A program made the translations under genes and the position numbers. Below are positions 28,107 through 36,769 of a stretch of 64,000 nt of DNA, piece by piece. The notes under the pieces were generated by a model, which did no database searches, was not told the origin of the DNA, and worked only from the letters and a program-made list of their open reading frames with translations. The stretch is from Bacteroidales bacterium (lineage in GTDB: Bacteria > Bacteroidota > Bacteroidia > Bacteroidales > UBA4181). The stretch is from positions 39,632 through 103,631 of the forward strand of contig JAVBSH010000128.1 in NCBI GenBank assembly GCA_031547085.1, written 5' to 3'. Each line of letters opens with the position of its first letter. The first letter of the stretch is position 1.

Positions 28107-29735
28107 TTAATCAACTGTGAAACTAATGGAAGGCAATTCCCGGATCTTATTATCGGGGCCTACCGCTTTAATACCATCAAAAATTACTCTAGAACCTCTT
28201 GTTGCACCTTTAATGATGTCTCTCTGCTTATCAGAAATTTTTGCGCCTTTAACCGGCTCTTCCTGTACAAATTGCCCTTTACTGGCAGAAACGGTGAATT
28301 CAGTAACATTGAATTTCAACTCGAATTCAAAATTTTCCATATCCGCAAGAACAGCAATCTGGGCAGACAATGTACCTTTGTCAATCTTGCCTCCGATTTT
28401 ACCGGCAACTTTGGCAATAGGGCTGGGTACTGTCTTTACGCGGTATTTCATGCGCGTCATCTCGCGGGTTTGCCCTTCGATATTGGCCGATACAATAATG
28501 AACGCTTCACCTTGGGTCGCTGGTTTTGCAATCCAGTCACCTCCCGATCTGACCAACGATCCGTTGGTGATACTTGCCGATATTTTTTCAGCAGGAACGC
28601 CCGAAACTGATATACTGATAGGGTTATCCAAACTCACGTACAATACATTCATTTTAGTGGCCGAAACAACAGCATTGGCTTCGCCTACCTGGTATTCGGA
28701 AGTGAACGGATAACTCGTCATGCCTTCGGGAGTCATCATACGCAACAATCCTTGCAAGGTGTAATTCCCGACAGAGGGCGAACTCTTATAAATAGCCCTG
28801 CCTTTTGCATCGTACGGCAATGCTCTGCCTTCGCCTACCATTTCGTAACCTGAAGCGGTTTTTCTGTATTGACCGAGTATAATTTCAGGCTTCTGCAAAC
28901 TGTCGTAAGCAGCCAGAAGGATACGGGCTTCGAATTCGTTGCCCTTCAGCACATAATTTGATTTGGACAATACAATGGCTTCCATCTTGTTCACCTTGGT
29001 ATCGCTTGCACCAATCTGCGCCAACAGGTTTTGTACTATATCTGCTTCAGCATTCCTTACATCACTTTGCAGTTTCGACATCATGGTGATCACTGCCACC
29101 ATCGGGATGTGTTCAAAATGGCTTGATTCCCAAGTCTGCACTGTACCATCTTTACCTGCCGGAGGAGCGTCGGTATTCAGCGCTTCTTTGATGGCCGTCT
29201 GGATGGAAGGATCGGTTGTCATGGAAAGAAGTTGTTCCCTGTAGGAATCAATCTTACCTTTCAATTCTTCACCCTTCTTTCCTACGATCATAATTTGCGC
29301 CGGCTTATCCAAATTGTCTTTGGAAGCGATCAATGCATCATTGATGTCGTAAGTTGATTTTTTCTCTCGCTTGGAACCGACGATCCATTCGGCAGGAGTG
29401 AGTGCAGGAGCATCGTCGCCATCGCAGTGCTTAACGATTTCCACTTTCAGTTCCTGGATGTCGTACGCCAATTGGTCGGCCATATCCTTTACGCTGTATG
29501 CTTTGTCGCGGAAAGGCCCTACTTTGGCAGCGCTCTTTTCCATTTGTGCATCAAAGATACCGTATGCCGATTCATTCTTGGCGACGAAGTTTGCGGTTGT
29601 CTTAACCAACCCATTGTCTACGAGGACAAAAGCATTGAGAATGTCTGCGGATACATTGAGTGCCAACATTGCTGTGAGCACCAAGTACATCATCCCGATC
29701 ATCTTTTGCCTCGGCGTCTCTTTTCCGTGACCCAT
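28107..29735 (-). CDS. gldM: Gliding motility / T9SS protein GldM (PorM)
   Basis: The N-terminus MGHGKETPRQKMIGMMYLVLTAMLALNVS matches the conserved GldM N-terminal TM motif. 542 aa, mostly periplasmic. Confidence 0.9.
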   Translation of the reverse strand: MGHGKETPRQKMIGMMYLVLTAMLALNVSADILNAFVLVDNGLVKTTANFVAKNESAYGIFDAQMEKSAAKVGPFRDKAYSVKDMADQLAYDIQELKVEIVKHCDGDDAPALTPAEWIVGSKREKKSTYDINDALIASKDNLDKPAQIMIVGKKGEELKGKIDSYREQLLSMTTDPSIQTAIKEALNTDAPPAGKDGTVQTWESSHFEHIPMVAVITMMSKLQSDVRNAEADIVQNLLAQIGASDTKVNKMEAIVLSKSNYVLKGNEFEARILLAAYDSLQKPEIILGQYRKTASGYEMVGEGRALPYDAKGRAIYKSSPSVGNYTLQGLLRMMTPEGMTSYPFTSEYQVGEANAVVSATKMNVLYVSLDNPISISVSGVPAEKISASITNGSLVRSGGDWIAKPATQGEAFIIVSANIEGQTREMTRMKYRVKTVPSPIAKVAGKIGGKIDKGTLSAQIAVLADMENFEFELKFNVTEFTVSASKGQFVQEEPVKGAKISDKQRDIIKGATRGSRVIFDGIKAVGPDNKIRELPSISFTVD

Positions 29736-29771
29736 TTTTTATGATGTTAGTTATAGATTGATTAATACAAA

Positions 29772-30617
29772 TTATCCTCTTACATTCATTGCCGACAACA
29801 TGTTACCATAAATGGTATTCAGGTTGGCAAGGTTACGGTTCAGGTTAGCCATTTCTTCGCGGTAGCGATGTGTCTCGTCAACCGACATCTTCATGTCAGT
29901 TAGCATCTTTTCCATACCGCTATATACAGCCTGCGATTTCTGCAAATGATCGTTGGTTCCGCGCAATTGCAGTTCATATACTGCATTCAGCGCTGAAAGG
30001 TTCTTGTTCATACCTTCCAATTGTGCGGCATATCCCCTGCTACTGTCGCTGATCGTTGCCATGGCTGCCGACGAATTGTTGATAGCGCTGGCCGATTGTT
30101 GCAATCCTGCTGCTGTCTGTTGGAAAGTCATTGCCAATCCGCCAACCGAGTCTGCCGCTGCGCTTACATTCTGTACATATTTGGATGTAGCTGCCGTCGC
30201 TTGCGAAACATCAGATATTCCGACTGCCGTTGCATTTAATTTATCGAATGAAGCATTCAAACTCTTGATGACAGTAGGATCTATTCCTCCCAGACCGCCC
30301 ATCAAATCGTCAAATCTTTCCAATGCTCCGGAACTTCTTGATACTTCCCTGGCTCCTTCCAGTTCGTCAGGATCGGTCATACCGGCTAATTCAGGATATA
30401 CCAATGTCCAGTCCAATTCTTCGTGCAAAGGTTCGAAAGCCGAGAAGAAGAAGATGATCGCTTCCGTACACAACCCCACAGTAAGCATGATACCAGCACC
30501 CGGCCAGTGTTGAATTTTAAACAACGCACCAATAATAACCACTGCTGCTCCGAGACCGTACAATTTGGCCATAAATTTTTTCCAACCGGAACTTTGTGTT
30601 AATTCTCCAAGACCCAT
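29772..30617 (-). CDS. gldL: Gliding motility / T9SS protein GldL (PorL)
   Basis: Two N-terminal TM helices (YGLGAAVVIIGALFKIQHWPGA..., IIFFFSAFEP) followed by a cytoplasmic coiled-coil region, in the expected position between gldK and gldM. Confidence 0.9.
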   Translation of the reverse strand: MGLGELTQSSGWKKFMAKLYGLGAAVVIIGALFKIQHWPGAGIMLTVGLCTEAIIFFFSAFEPLHEELDWTLVYPELAGMTDPDELEGAREVSRSSGALERFDDLMGGLGGIDPTVIKSLNASFDKLNATAVGISDVSQATAATSKYVQNVSAAADSVGGLAMTFQQTAAGLQQSASAINNSSAAMATISDSSRGYAAQLEGMNKNLSALNAVYELQLRGTNDHLQKSQAVYSGMEKMLTDMKMSVDETHRYREEMANLNRNLANLNTIYGNMLSAMNVRG

Positions 30618-30672
30618 AATTATTCTTTTTTAATGTTATTTAAATTTTTACTCTTTTATACTTATTTATGAT

Positions 30673-32016
30673 TTATTTCACTGAATTGCCCAAGAAGGGA
30701 CGCACACACCTGAAACCGATATAAGTTGATGCGGTATCCTGATACTCGTAAGCACGGGTACTTACCTGGAGGTAAAGTTCGATATCCTTCCATGAACCAC
30801 CACGAATGACTTTGCGTTTCATTACTGCGGGTTCATCCGGACGTGCATTGTACTTGTAATCGGGATTCAAGTCATGCGTGAAGCGGGCTGCCGATTCATC
30901 GTAAGCGCTGCTGGTCCATTCGGCCACATTACCTGCCATGTCATACAATCCCCATTCGTTAGGTTCGTATGTACCTACACGTACTGTAAGTACTCCGCCG
31001 TCATCGGCATAATTACCACGCAATGGCTTAAAGTTGGCGAGAAAGCAACCCTGATTGTTACGGGTGTAAGGACCACCCCACGGATATTTTTGATTTTGAA
31101 GGCCGCCACGTGCCGCATATTCCCATTCGGCTTCAGTCGGCAGACGATAATGGTGTACACCCGGATCCCTTGCTTCTATCAAGGCATTGTTTAACAACTC
31201 GGTACGCCAGATGCAGAAAGCAGTTGCCTGTTTCCAGTTAACGCCAACCACCGGGTAGTTGTCATAAGCGACATGCCAGAAGTACATATTGGTCATCGGC
31301 TCGTTATACGAATAAGAGAAGTCGCTGATCCAGCACAAGGTGTCGGGATAAACCGGCACATTATCGCGCATCACGAAAGTCGAACGGTCTTTTACTTCCA
31401 CTTTTTCACCCAATGCATTGAATGCAAATCCTTCATACTTTTTCTTTTCGTAATTATACCTGTTGCGCGGATGGGCTGCTTGCTTCATATCCACCCAATA
31501 GTATTCGTAAATCAATTTACGGGTGTCGATTTCCTTCCGGCCGAAAAAACGTTCGTTTTCGGCAAGATACATTTCTTCCAATGCCTCTTTCTGATCTTCG
31601 TTTTTCCGGGTATCAATTTTGGTATTCCAATTCAAAGGACGCTTGTCTTCATCCAAAGCATCATAGCTGTCGCCTTCTTTCAGGAAGCCGTCAACTCCCG
31701 CCTTTGCCAGGGTACGACGCATGATAGAGTCTCTCACCCAATAAACCCACTGACGATATTCATTATTCGTGATTTCCGTTTCATCCATCCAGAACGCATC
31801 AATAGTCACAGTCTTCGACATATTATTCTGCGCCCACATGGCATCCTGGTCACTTGGCCCGATGGTGAATGCACCCAAAGGAATAAATACCATTCCATAC
31901 GGGTCGGGCTCAAAATAATTACCGCGCCCGGTCACCCCGGTCAATTCACCGCTGGTGCTGCTACCGCAACCGTAAAGAATGAAAAAAAGAAAACTCAAAG
32001 GGATTAATCGCTTCAT
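30673..32016 (-). CDS. gldK: Gliding motility / T9SS lipoprotein GldK (PorK), SUMF1/FGE-fold
   Basis: The ATG at 32016 gives MKRLIPLSFLFFILYGC (lipobox). FGE-type motifs are present (YRLPTEAEWEYAARGG, GNVAEWT, RGGSW). The track start 32064 would overlap porP. Confidence 0.9.
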   Translation of the reverse strand: MKRLIPLSFLFFILYGCGSSTSGELTGVTGRGNYFEPDPYGMVFIPLGAFTIGPSDQDAMWAQNNMSKTVTIDAFWMDETEITNNEYRQWVYWVRDSIMRRTLAKAGVDGFLKEGDSYDALDEDKRPLNWNTKIDTRKNEDQKEALEEMYLAENERFFGRKEIDTRKLIYEYYWVDMKQAAHPRNRYNYEKKKYEGFAFNALGEKVEVKDRSTFVMRDNVPVYPDTLCWISDFSYSYNEPMTNMYFWHVAYDNYPVVGVNWKQATAFCIWRTELLNNALIEARDPGVHHYRLPTEAEWEYAARGGLQNQKYPWGGPYTRNNQGCFLANFKPLRGNYADDGGVLTVRVGTYEPNEWGLYDMAGNVAEWTSSAYDESAARFTHDLNPDYKYNARPDEPAVMKRKVIRGGSWKDIELYLQVSTRAYEYQDTASTYIGFRCVRPFLGNSVK

Positions 32017-32047
32017 ATTGTCGAACATTAATACTTTCTTACTTTTT

Positions 32048-32983
32048 TTATAAAAACCGTACACTTTTATACTTTTTAACTACTTTTTCTTTAACTAAAC
32101 TGAAACAATAACTGAGGGTTACTTCATGTGATCCCCCGGGTGCATATTGCCTGACGCTTGTATAAGAATAATCGAACGAATATCCTATTTTCAAGCCGTT
32201 GAATATATCAACCCCGATCATGGCAATCACCGCATCATTTAACCGGTATCCGATTCCGCCCCAAACCTTTTTGTTGTACATGACGTTCACGTTCGCTGTA
32301 AGCTGGGAGGCTGTTCCGTCGGAATAGGCCATCAACGATGGTGTCATTTCCCATGCAGGATTTTGGAGCGGGAGCAAACAACCTGCTGTGGCGTAATAAT
32401 GCCTTTTCAGAGTGTAATTTGTTGCTTCGTATTTCAAACTGGGTTCGAGAAGGTGCGTGGTGGATAATCCCAGATACACCTTTTCGGCACGGTAAAATAC
32501 TCCCAATCCCATATCAAATCCCATAATGCTTTCATTTTCTTTTGGGATAGAAAGATCGTTATTCGGATCGCCGCCGGGTATCGACCAAATGGCCGACAGG
32601 GCTTTGTTCAGGAACATCCCGCTGACACCAATTCCCAATTTGCCGGGACCGACATTCATCCGGTAAGCGTAATCCAAGCCGACACTAACATTTTGGTCGA
32701 ACCCGAGTTCGTCGCTCATCAGCGTGAGACCCACCCCATGATTGACGCCAAATAACTTAAACGGCGCATTGGCCGTAAAGACAGACGTTACCGGCGCTCC
32801 ATCCAAACCAACCCACTGCTGGCGATGAACAGCCGAGAGACAAATGGCGTCGTGGCTGCCAGCGTAGCCGGGATTGACCGCCATGTGATTGAACATATAC
32901 TGGCTGTACTGCGGATCCTGTTGGGCTATGACTTCAAAGACCATGGTAAAGCCGCACAAAAGACCGAATAGCAATCTCCTCAT
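32048..32983 (-). CDS. porP: PorP/SprF family type IX secretion system membrane protein
   Basis: Signal ...FEVIA|QQ, then the signature DPQYSQYMFNHMAVNPGYAG. beta-barrel-like. Start taken at 32983 (MRRLLFGLL); 33016 is also possible. Confidence 0.85.
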   Translation of the reverse strand: MRRLLFGLLCGFTMVFEVIAQQDPQYSQYMFNHMAVNPGYAGSHDAICLSAVHRQQWVGLDGAPVTSVFTANAPFKLFGVNHGVGLTLMSDELGFDQNVSVGLDYAYRMNVGPGKLGIGVSGMFLNKALSAIWSIPGGDPNNDLSIPKENESIMGFDMGLGVFYRAEKVYLGLSTTHLLEPSLKYEATNYTLKRHYYATAGCLLPLQNPAWEMTPSLMAYSDGTASQLTANVNVMYNKKVWGGIGYRLNDAVIAMIGVDIFNGLKIGYSFDYSYTSVRQYAPGGSHEVTLSYCFSLVKEKVVKKYKSVRFL

Positions 32984-33202
32984 TCCTTTATCGTAATTCT
33001 TATAGAATATTGACATTTACAAAAAAACGTAAAATAACTAAAAAAATTGTTTACGAACAAAAATGCCGTTCGGAATTTTGTTTGCGCATTAACATACCAT
33101 TATACTGAATAAGGAAGCAAATGGTTACATTTTTTGTGGAAGATTTCATATTTTTTTAAATAAAAATACATAAATCGCTGATTGTCAATTAGAATTATTT
33201 TC

Positions 33203-34330
33203 CTAATTGATTCTCTGGTACATTTTCCACCACCGGTCAGGTATTTCCTGTTCGGATGCCTTGATATAATCATCTTGTGTACAAGAGATAATTTCACCTC
33301 CGCGGTCATTGTTCAATGAGGGAACTTCCATCCACCAACGTTCGGTTTTGACGTTTTTGTAAAAACATAAGTTGTGGTGCAATTGATCGAAATAAATAAC
33401 GTATTTTTTGAAATTTTGAACAGAGTCCTTCGGATTCTCCGGATTCCGCCGCTTTACTCCCTCAATAAAATACCACGCTATTTGCGCTGCCAGCTTGGCT
33501 GTGATATGCTGTACATCATTTTGCGGGATCATATCGAATATCCCCAATGACTTGCAACGATACCCCAACCCGGCATAATATCCTATCTGGCATATTTCCT
33601 CACCCGAAAAACCATTCGGCGAAGTTTCCGAAGCTGCCGGGGCATCCGAATACTTGACGGCGTTCATGCTGATACTCAAAATGTCGGAATCGCGTATTAC
33701 AGGCTCGCTGTCACTAATGTTACCGGCCCGGACTTCGCCCAAACGATATGCCTCGAAATGCCGGTCTCTGAAATATTCCAATTCCTGCTGCGACACGTAA
33801 TATGATTGATAACCGAGGTTACAGAAATATACAGGCAGGTCGTTCTGTTCAAAAACCAGCGTATTGAGCGGATGCTTTCCTACACCGTAAACGGGAAGCC
33901 TGAGCCGGGAAGCCACACTTATCATGGTAGTTTTTTGACCTTCGAAAGCCAGGTAATTACCATAAAACAAGTCCGTTGTCCCACCTATGAGTAATGTAAC
34001 AATGTTACGTTCATAAAGTTCAGACAACACATGCCGCAACCCGTAATAAGTATCCGTCAGATTTTTTCCTGTACGCAGGTTGCCAAGATCGATAACCGTA
34101 CCCGGTGCGCCAGCCGATAATGCATATAATTGCCGGCGTACCTGCTCAGGCGATTTTATTTCGCCGGCGCCGTCAGAAAATCGGTCTTCGGGAACGCCCA
34201 GGATAGCTACTTTGGCCGTTTCGGGTATCTCAAAATCAGGTTTTCCGCTGTACAAAACAGCGGTATTGCCAAAACTATCCGGATCGCTTGCATGACAACT
34301 GACAGGTATCAGGTAATCGGTCAGGTTCAT
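33203..34330 (-). CDS. Arginase/formimidoylglutamase-fold family protein
   Basis: 375 aa. VAILGVPEDR...TLLIGGTTDL... has the layout of the ureohydrolase fold. It overlaps the topA stop by 4 nt. Metal-ligand motifs were not confidently identified by eye. Confidence 0.55.
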   Translation of the reverse strand: MNLTDYLIPVSCHASDPDSFGNTAVLYSGKPDFEIPETAKVAILGVPEDRFSDGAGEIKSPEQVRRQLYALSAGAPGTVIDLGNLRTGKNLTDTYYGLRHVLSELYERNIVTLLIGGTTDLFYGNYLAFEGQKTTMISVASRLRLPVYGVGKHPLNTLVFEQNDLPVYFCNLGYQSYYVSQQELEYFRDRHFEAYRLGEVRAGNISDSEPVIRDSDILSISMNAVKYSDAPAASETSPNGFSGEEICQIGYYAGLGYRCKSLGIFDMIPQNDVQHITAKLAAQIAWYFIEGVKRRNPENPKDSVQNFKKYVIYFDQLHHNLCFYKNVKTERWWMEVPSLNNDRGGEIISCTQDDYIKASEQEIPDRWWKMYQRIN

Positions 34331-36657
34331 TTCTTTGCTTTTTTGCGGGTTGTCTTAGTCGGTTTTTCAGCACTGTCCTTGATGATCTTCATGCAATCGT
34401 CCAAGCTAAGTGCCGATGGATCCTGTTTTTTTGGTATTTTGTAATTATCCTTCTTGTAGGAAATATAAGGTCCGAACCGGCCGTTCAGGATTTGAAGGTC
34501 GGGTTCCTTGTCGAAGGTTTTAATCACCTTGTTACGGTCGGCTTCGCGTTTCGCCTCAATAACTTCGATTGCCCTGTCGAGCGATACGGTGAGCGGATTG
34601 TCCGTAGCCGGTTTCAAGGAATAGAACTTGGAATTGTGCAACAGGTACGGGCCAAACCGTCCTACAGCCGCCGTAATATCTTTATCTTCATATTTTCCCA
34701 CTTTGCGTGGAAGTTTAAACAGCTCCAACGCCTCTTCAAGTGTGATGGTCTCGATGTGCTGGTCTTTCAGTAAGCCTGCAAAACGGGGCTTGTCGTCGTC
34801 CGACACTTCACCGATTTGTACCAACGGCCCGTACTTACCGATTTTAACCACCACCGGTTTACCCGTTTCGGGATCGACACCCAATTTGCGTTCGCCCACC
34901 GTACGTTCGGACGTTTTGGTGGTGAGATCGACTTTACTATGGAACGGCCGGTAGAATTTGTCGATCATCTTCGTCCAGTTCAACTTCCCTTCGGCAATTT
35001 CGTCGAATTCCTTTTCAACCGAAGCTGTGAAGTTATAATCCAGAATGTCGTCGAAATGACCGATCAGGAAATCATTTACAATCATACCGATATCGCTGGG
35101 GAAGAGTTTGGATTTTTCCGCACCCGTGATCTCGGTTTTGATTTCTTCTTTTAGTGTCTTATTATTTAATGTATAAACGGCATATTCGCGTTCGACACCC
35201 GTTTTGTCTTCTTTCACCACATAACCACGTTGCTGGATGGTGGAAATAGTAGGCGCATAAGTGGAAGGACGCCCGATACCGAGCTCTTCGAGTTTTTTAA
35301 CCAAACTGGCTTCGGTATAGCGTGGCGGGTGATGTGTGAACCGTTGAGTGGCTATTATTTCGTCCGAAACAAGATTTTGCCCCTTGTTGATAGGTGGCAG
35401 CAAAGTGCCTTTTTCTTCTTCGTTCTCGTCGTCGAACGATTCGATGTATAATTTGAGAAAACCGTCGAATTTGATCACCTCGCCTGTTGCCACAAATTTT
35501 TCGGGTGTGGTAGAAATATCAATGGTGACGGTGGTTTTTTCCAATTGCGCGTCACTCATCTGCGAAGCAACCGTACGTTTCCAGATCAGTTCATACAGGC
35601 GTTTTTCCTGTGCCGAACCAGTAACGTCCTCCTTGTCCATATAAGTCGGGCGGATAGCTTCGTGTGCTTCCTGGGCGCCTTTGGTCTTGGTTTTATACTG
35701 GCGGCTTTGCGAATATTGTGCACCAAATTCTTTGGTGATCACTTTTTTAGCCATACCGATGGCTACATCCGATAGGTTGACTGAGTCAGTACGCATGTAA
35801 GTGATTTTCCCGGCCTCGTAAAGTTTTTGAGCGATGGACATGGTTTGCGCCACCGAAAAACCCAATTTGCGACTGGCTTCCTGTTGCAGGGTGGATGTGG
35901 TAAAGGGTGGAGCCGGCGATTTTTTCGCAGGTTTGGTGGTCACATCCGCTACCTGATAGCTCGCAGGTTTACAACGTTCCAGAAAAGCGATGGTTTCCTT
36001 CGCAGTATCAAACCGTTCATTCAGTTCGGCATTGAGGAAAGCCTTCTTTTCCTTCTCGGAAAGCAGGAATTTGCCAACGACTTTAAAGGACGACTGGCTT
36101 TTGAAATCACGTATTTCGCGTTCGCGTTCCACCAGCAGCCGAACGGCAACCGATTGCACCCGTCCTGCCGATAGCGCCGGCTTTACCTTCTTCCAAAGGA
36201 TCGGCGACAGTTCAAACCCCACTAAGCGGTCGAGCACACGGCGAGCCTGCTGCGCATCGACTAAATTCTTGTCGATATCGCGCGGATTGTCCACAGCTTT
36301 CAGTATGGCATCCTTGGTGATCTCGTTGAAAACGATACGCTTGGTATTGTTCTTTTTCAAATCGAGCACTTCGGCCAAATGCCAGGCAATGGCTTCTCCT
36401 TCGCGGTCTTCATCGGAAGCGAGCCACACCGTTTTGGCTTGTTTCGCTAATTTCTTCAATTCGGCAACTACCGGCTTCTTGTCGTCCGAAACAATGTATT
36501 GTGGTTGGTAATCGTGTGCGACATCAATTCCCAGATTTTTCTTCTCCAAATCGCGTATATGTCCGAAACTTGATTTTACCAGGTAATCTTTACCAAGGAA
36601 TTTTTCAATGGTTTTGGCTTTGGCCGGCGATTCAACAATGACTAAGTTCTGTTCCAT
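34327..36657 (-). CDS. topA: DNA topoisomerase I
   Basis: TOPRIM start LVIVESPAKAKTIEKFLG, DEDREGEAIAWH, and active-site region ITYMRTDS. 776 aa with a basic C-terminal tail. Confidence 0.95.
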   Translation of the reverse strand: MEQNLVIVESPAKAKTIEKFLGKDYLVKSSFGHIRDLEKKNLGIDVAHDYQPQYIVSDDKKPVVAELKKLAKQAKTVWLASDEDREGEAIAWHLAEVLDLKKNNTKRIVFNEITKDAILKAVDNPRDIDKNLVDAQQARRVLDRLVGFELSPILWKKVKPALSAGRVQSVAVRLLVEREREIRDFKSQSSFKVVGKFLLSEKEKKAFLNAELNERFDTAKETIAFLERCKPASYQVADVTTKPAKKSPAPPFTTSTLQQEASRKLGFSVAQTMSIAQKLYEAGKITYMRTDSVNLSDVAIGMAKKVITKEFGAQYSQSRQYKTKTKGAQEAHEAIRPTYMDKEDVTGSAQEKRLYELIWKRTVASQMSDAQLEKTTVTIDISTTPEKFVATGEVIKFDGFLKLYIESFDDENEEEKGTLLPPINKGQNLVSDEIIATQRFTHHPPRYTEASLVKKLEELGIGRPSTYAPTISTIQQRGYVVKEDKTGVEREYAVYTLNNKTLKEEIKTEITGAEKSKLFPSDIGMIVNDFLIGHFDDILDYNFTASVEKEFDEIAEGKLNWTKMIDKFYRPFHSKVDLTTKTSERTVGERKLGVDPETGKPVVVKIGKYGPLVQIGEVSDDDKPRFAGLLKDQHIETITLEEALELFKLPRKVGKYEDKDITAAVGRFGPYLLHNSKFYSLKPATDNPLTVSLDRAIEVIEAKREADRNKVIKTFDKEPDLQILNGRFGPYISYKKDNYKIPKKQDPSALSLDDCMKIIKDSAEKPTKTTRKKAKK

Positions 36658-36769
36658 CGGGTATCACTAAAGTATCAAAAAACGATGCAAAGAAAAACAA
36701 ATAGAACCGGATGTTCAAAATTTTACGATAATTATTTCGTAATTTTGCGTTTTCTTTTAAAAAAGCGAT

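Noticed and set aside
27987-32007. Long plus-strand ORFs inside the gld operon (27987..28610, 28117..28713, 29371..29730, 29953..30513, 31273..32007)
   Set aside because: All are antisense to gldN/M/L/K, whose products carry conserved family motifs. The antisense translations are low-complexity with no motifs.
33100-33309. 69-aa minus-strand ORF between porP and the arginase-fold gene
   Set aside because: It overlaps the 3' end of the arginase-fold CDS in another frame and extends into the AT-rich porP upstream region. It has no recognisable features.
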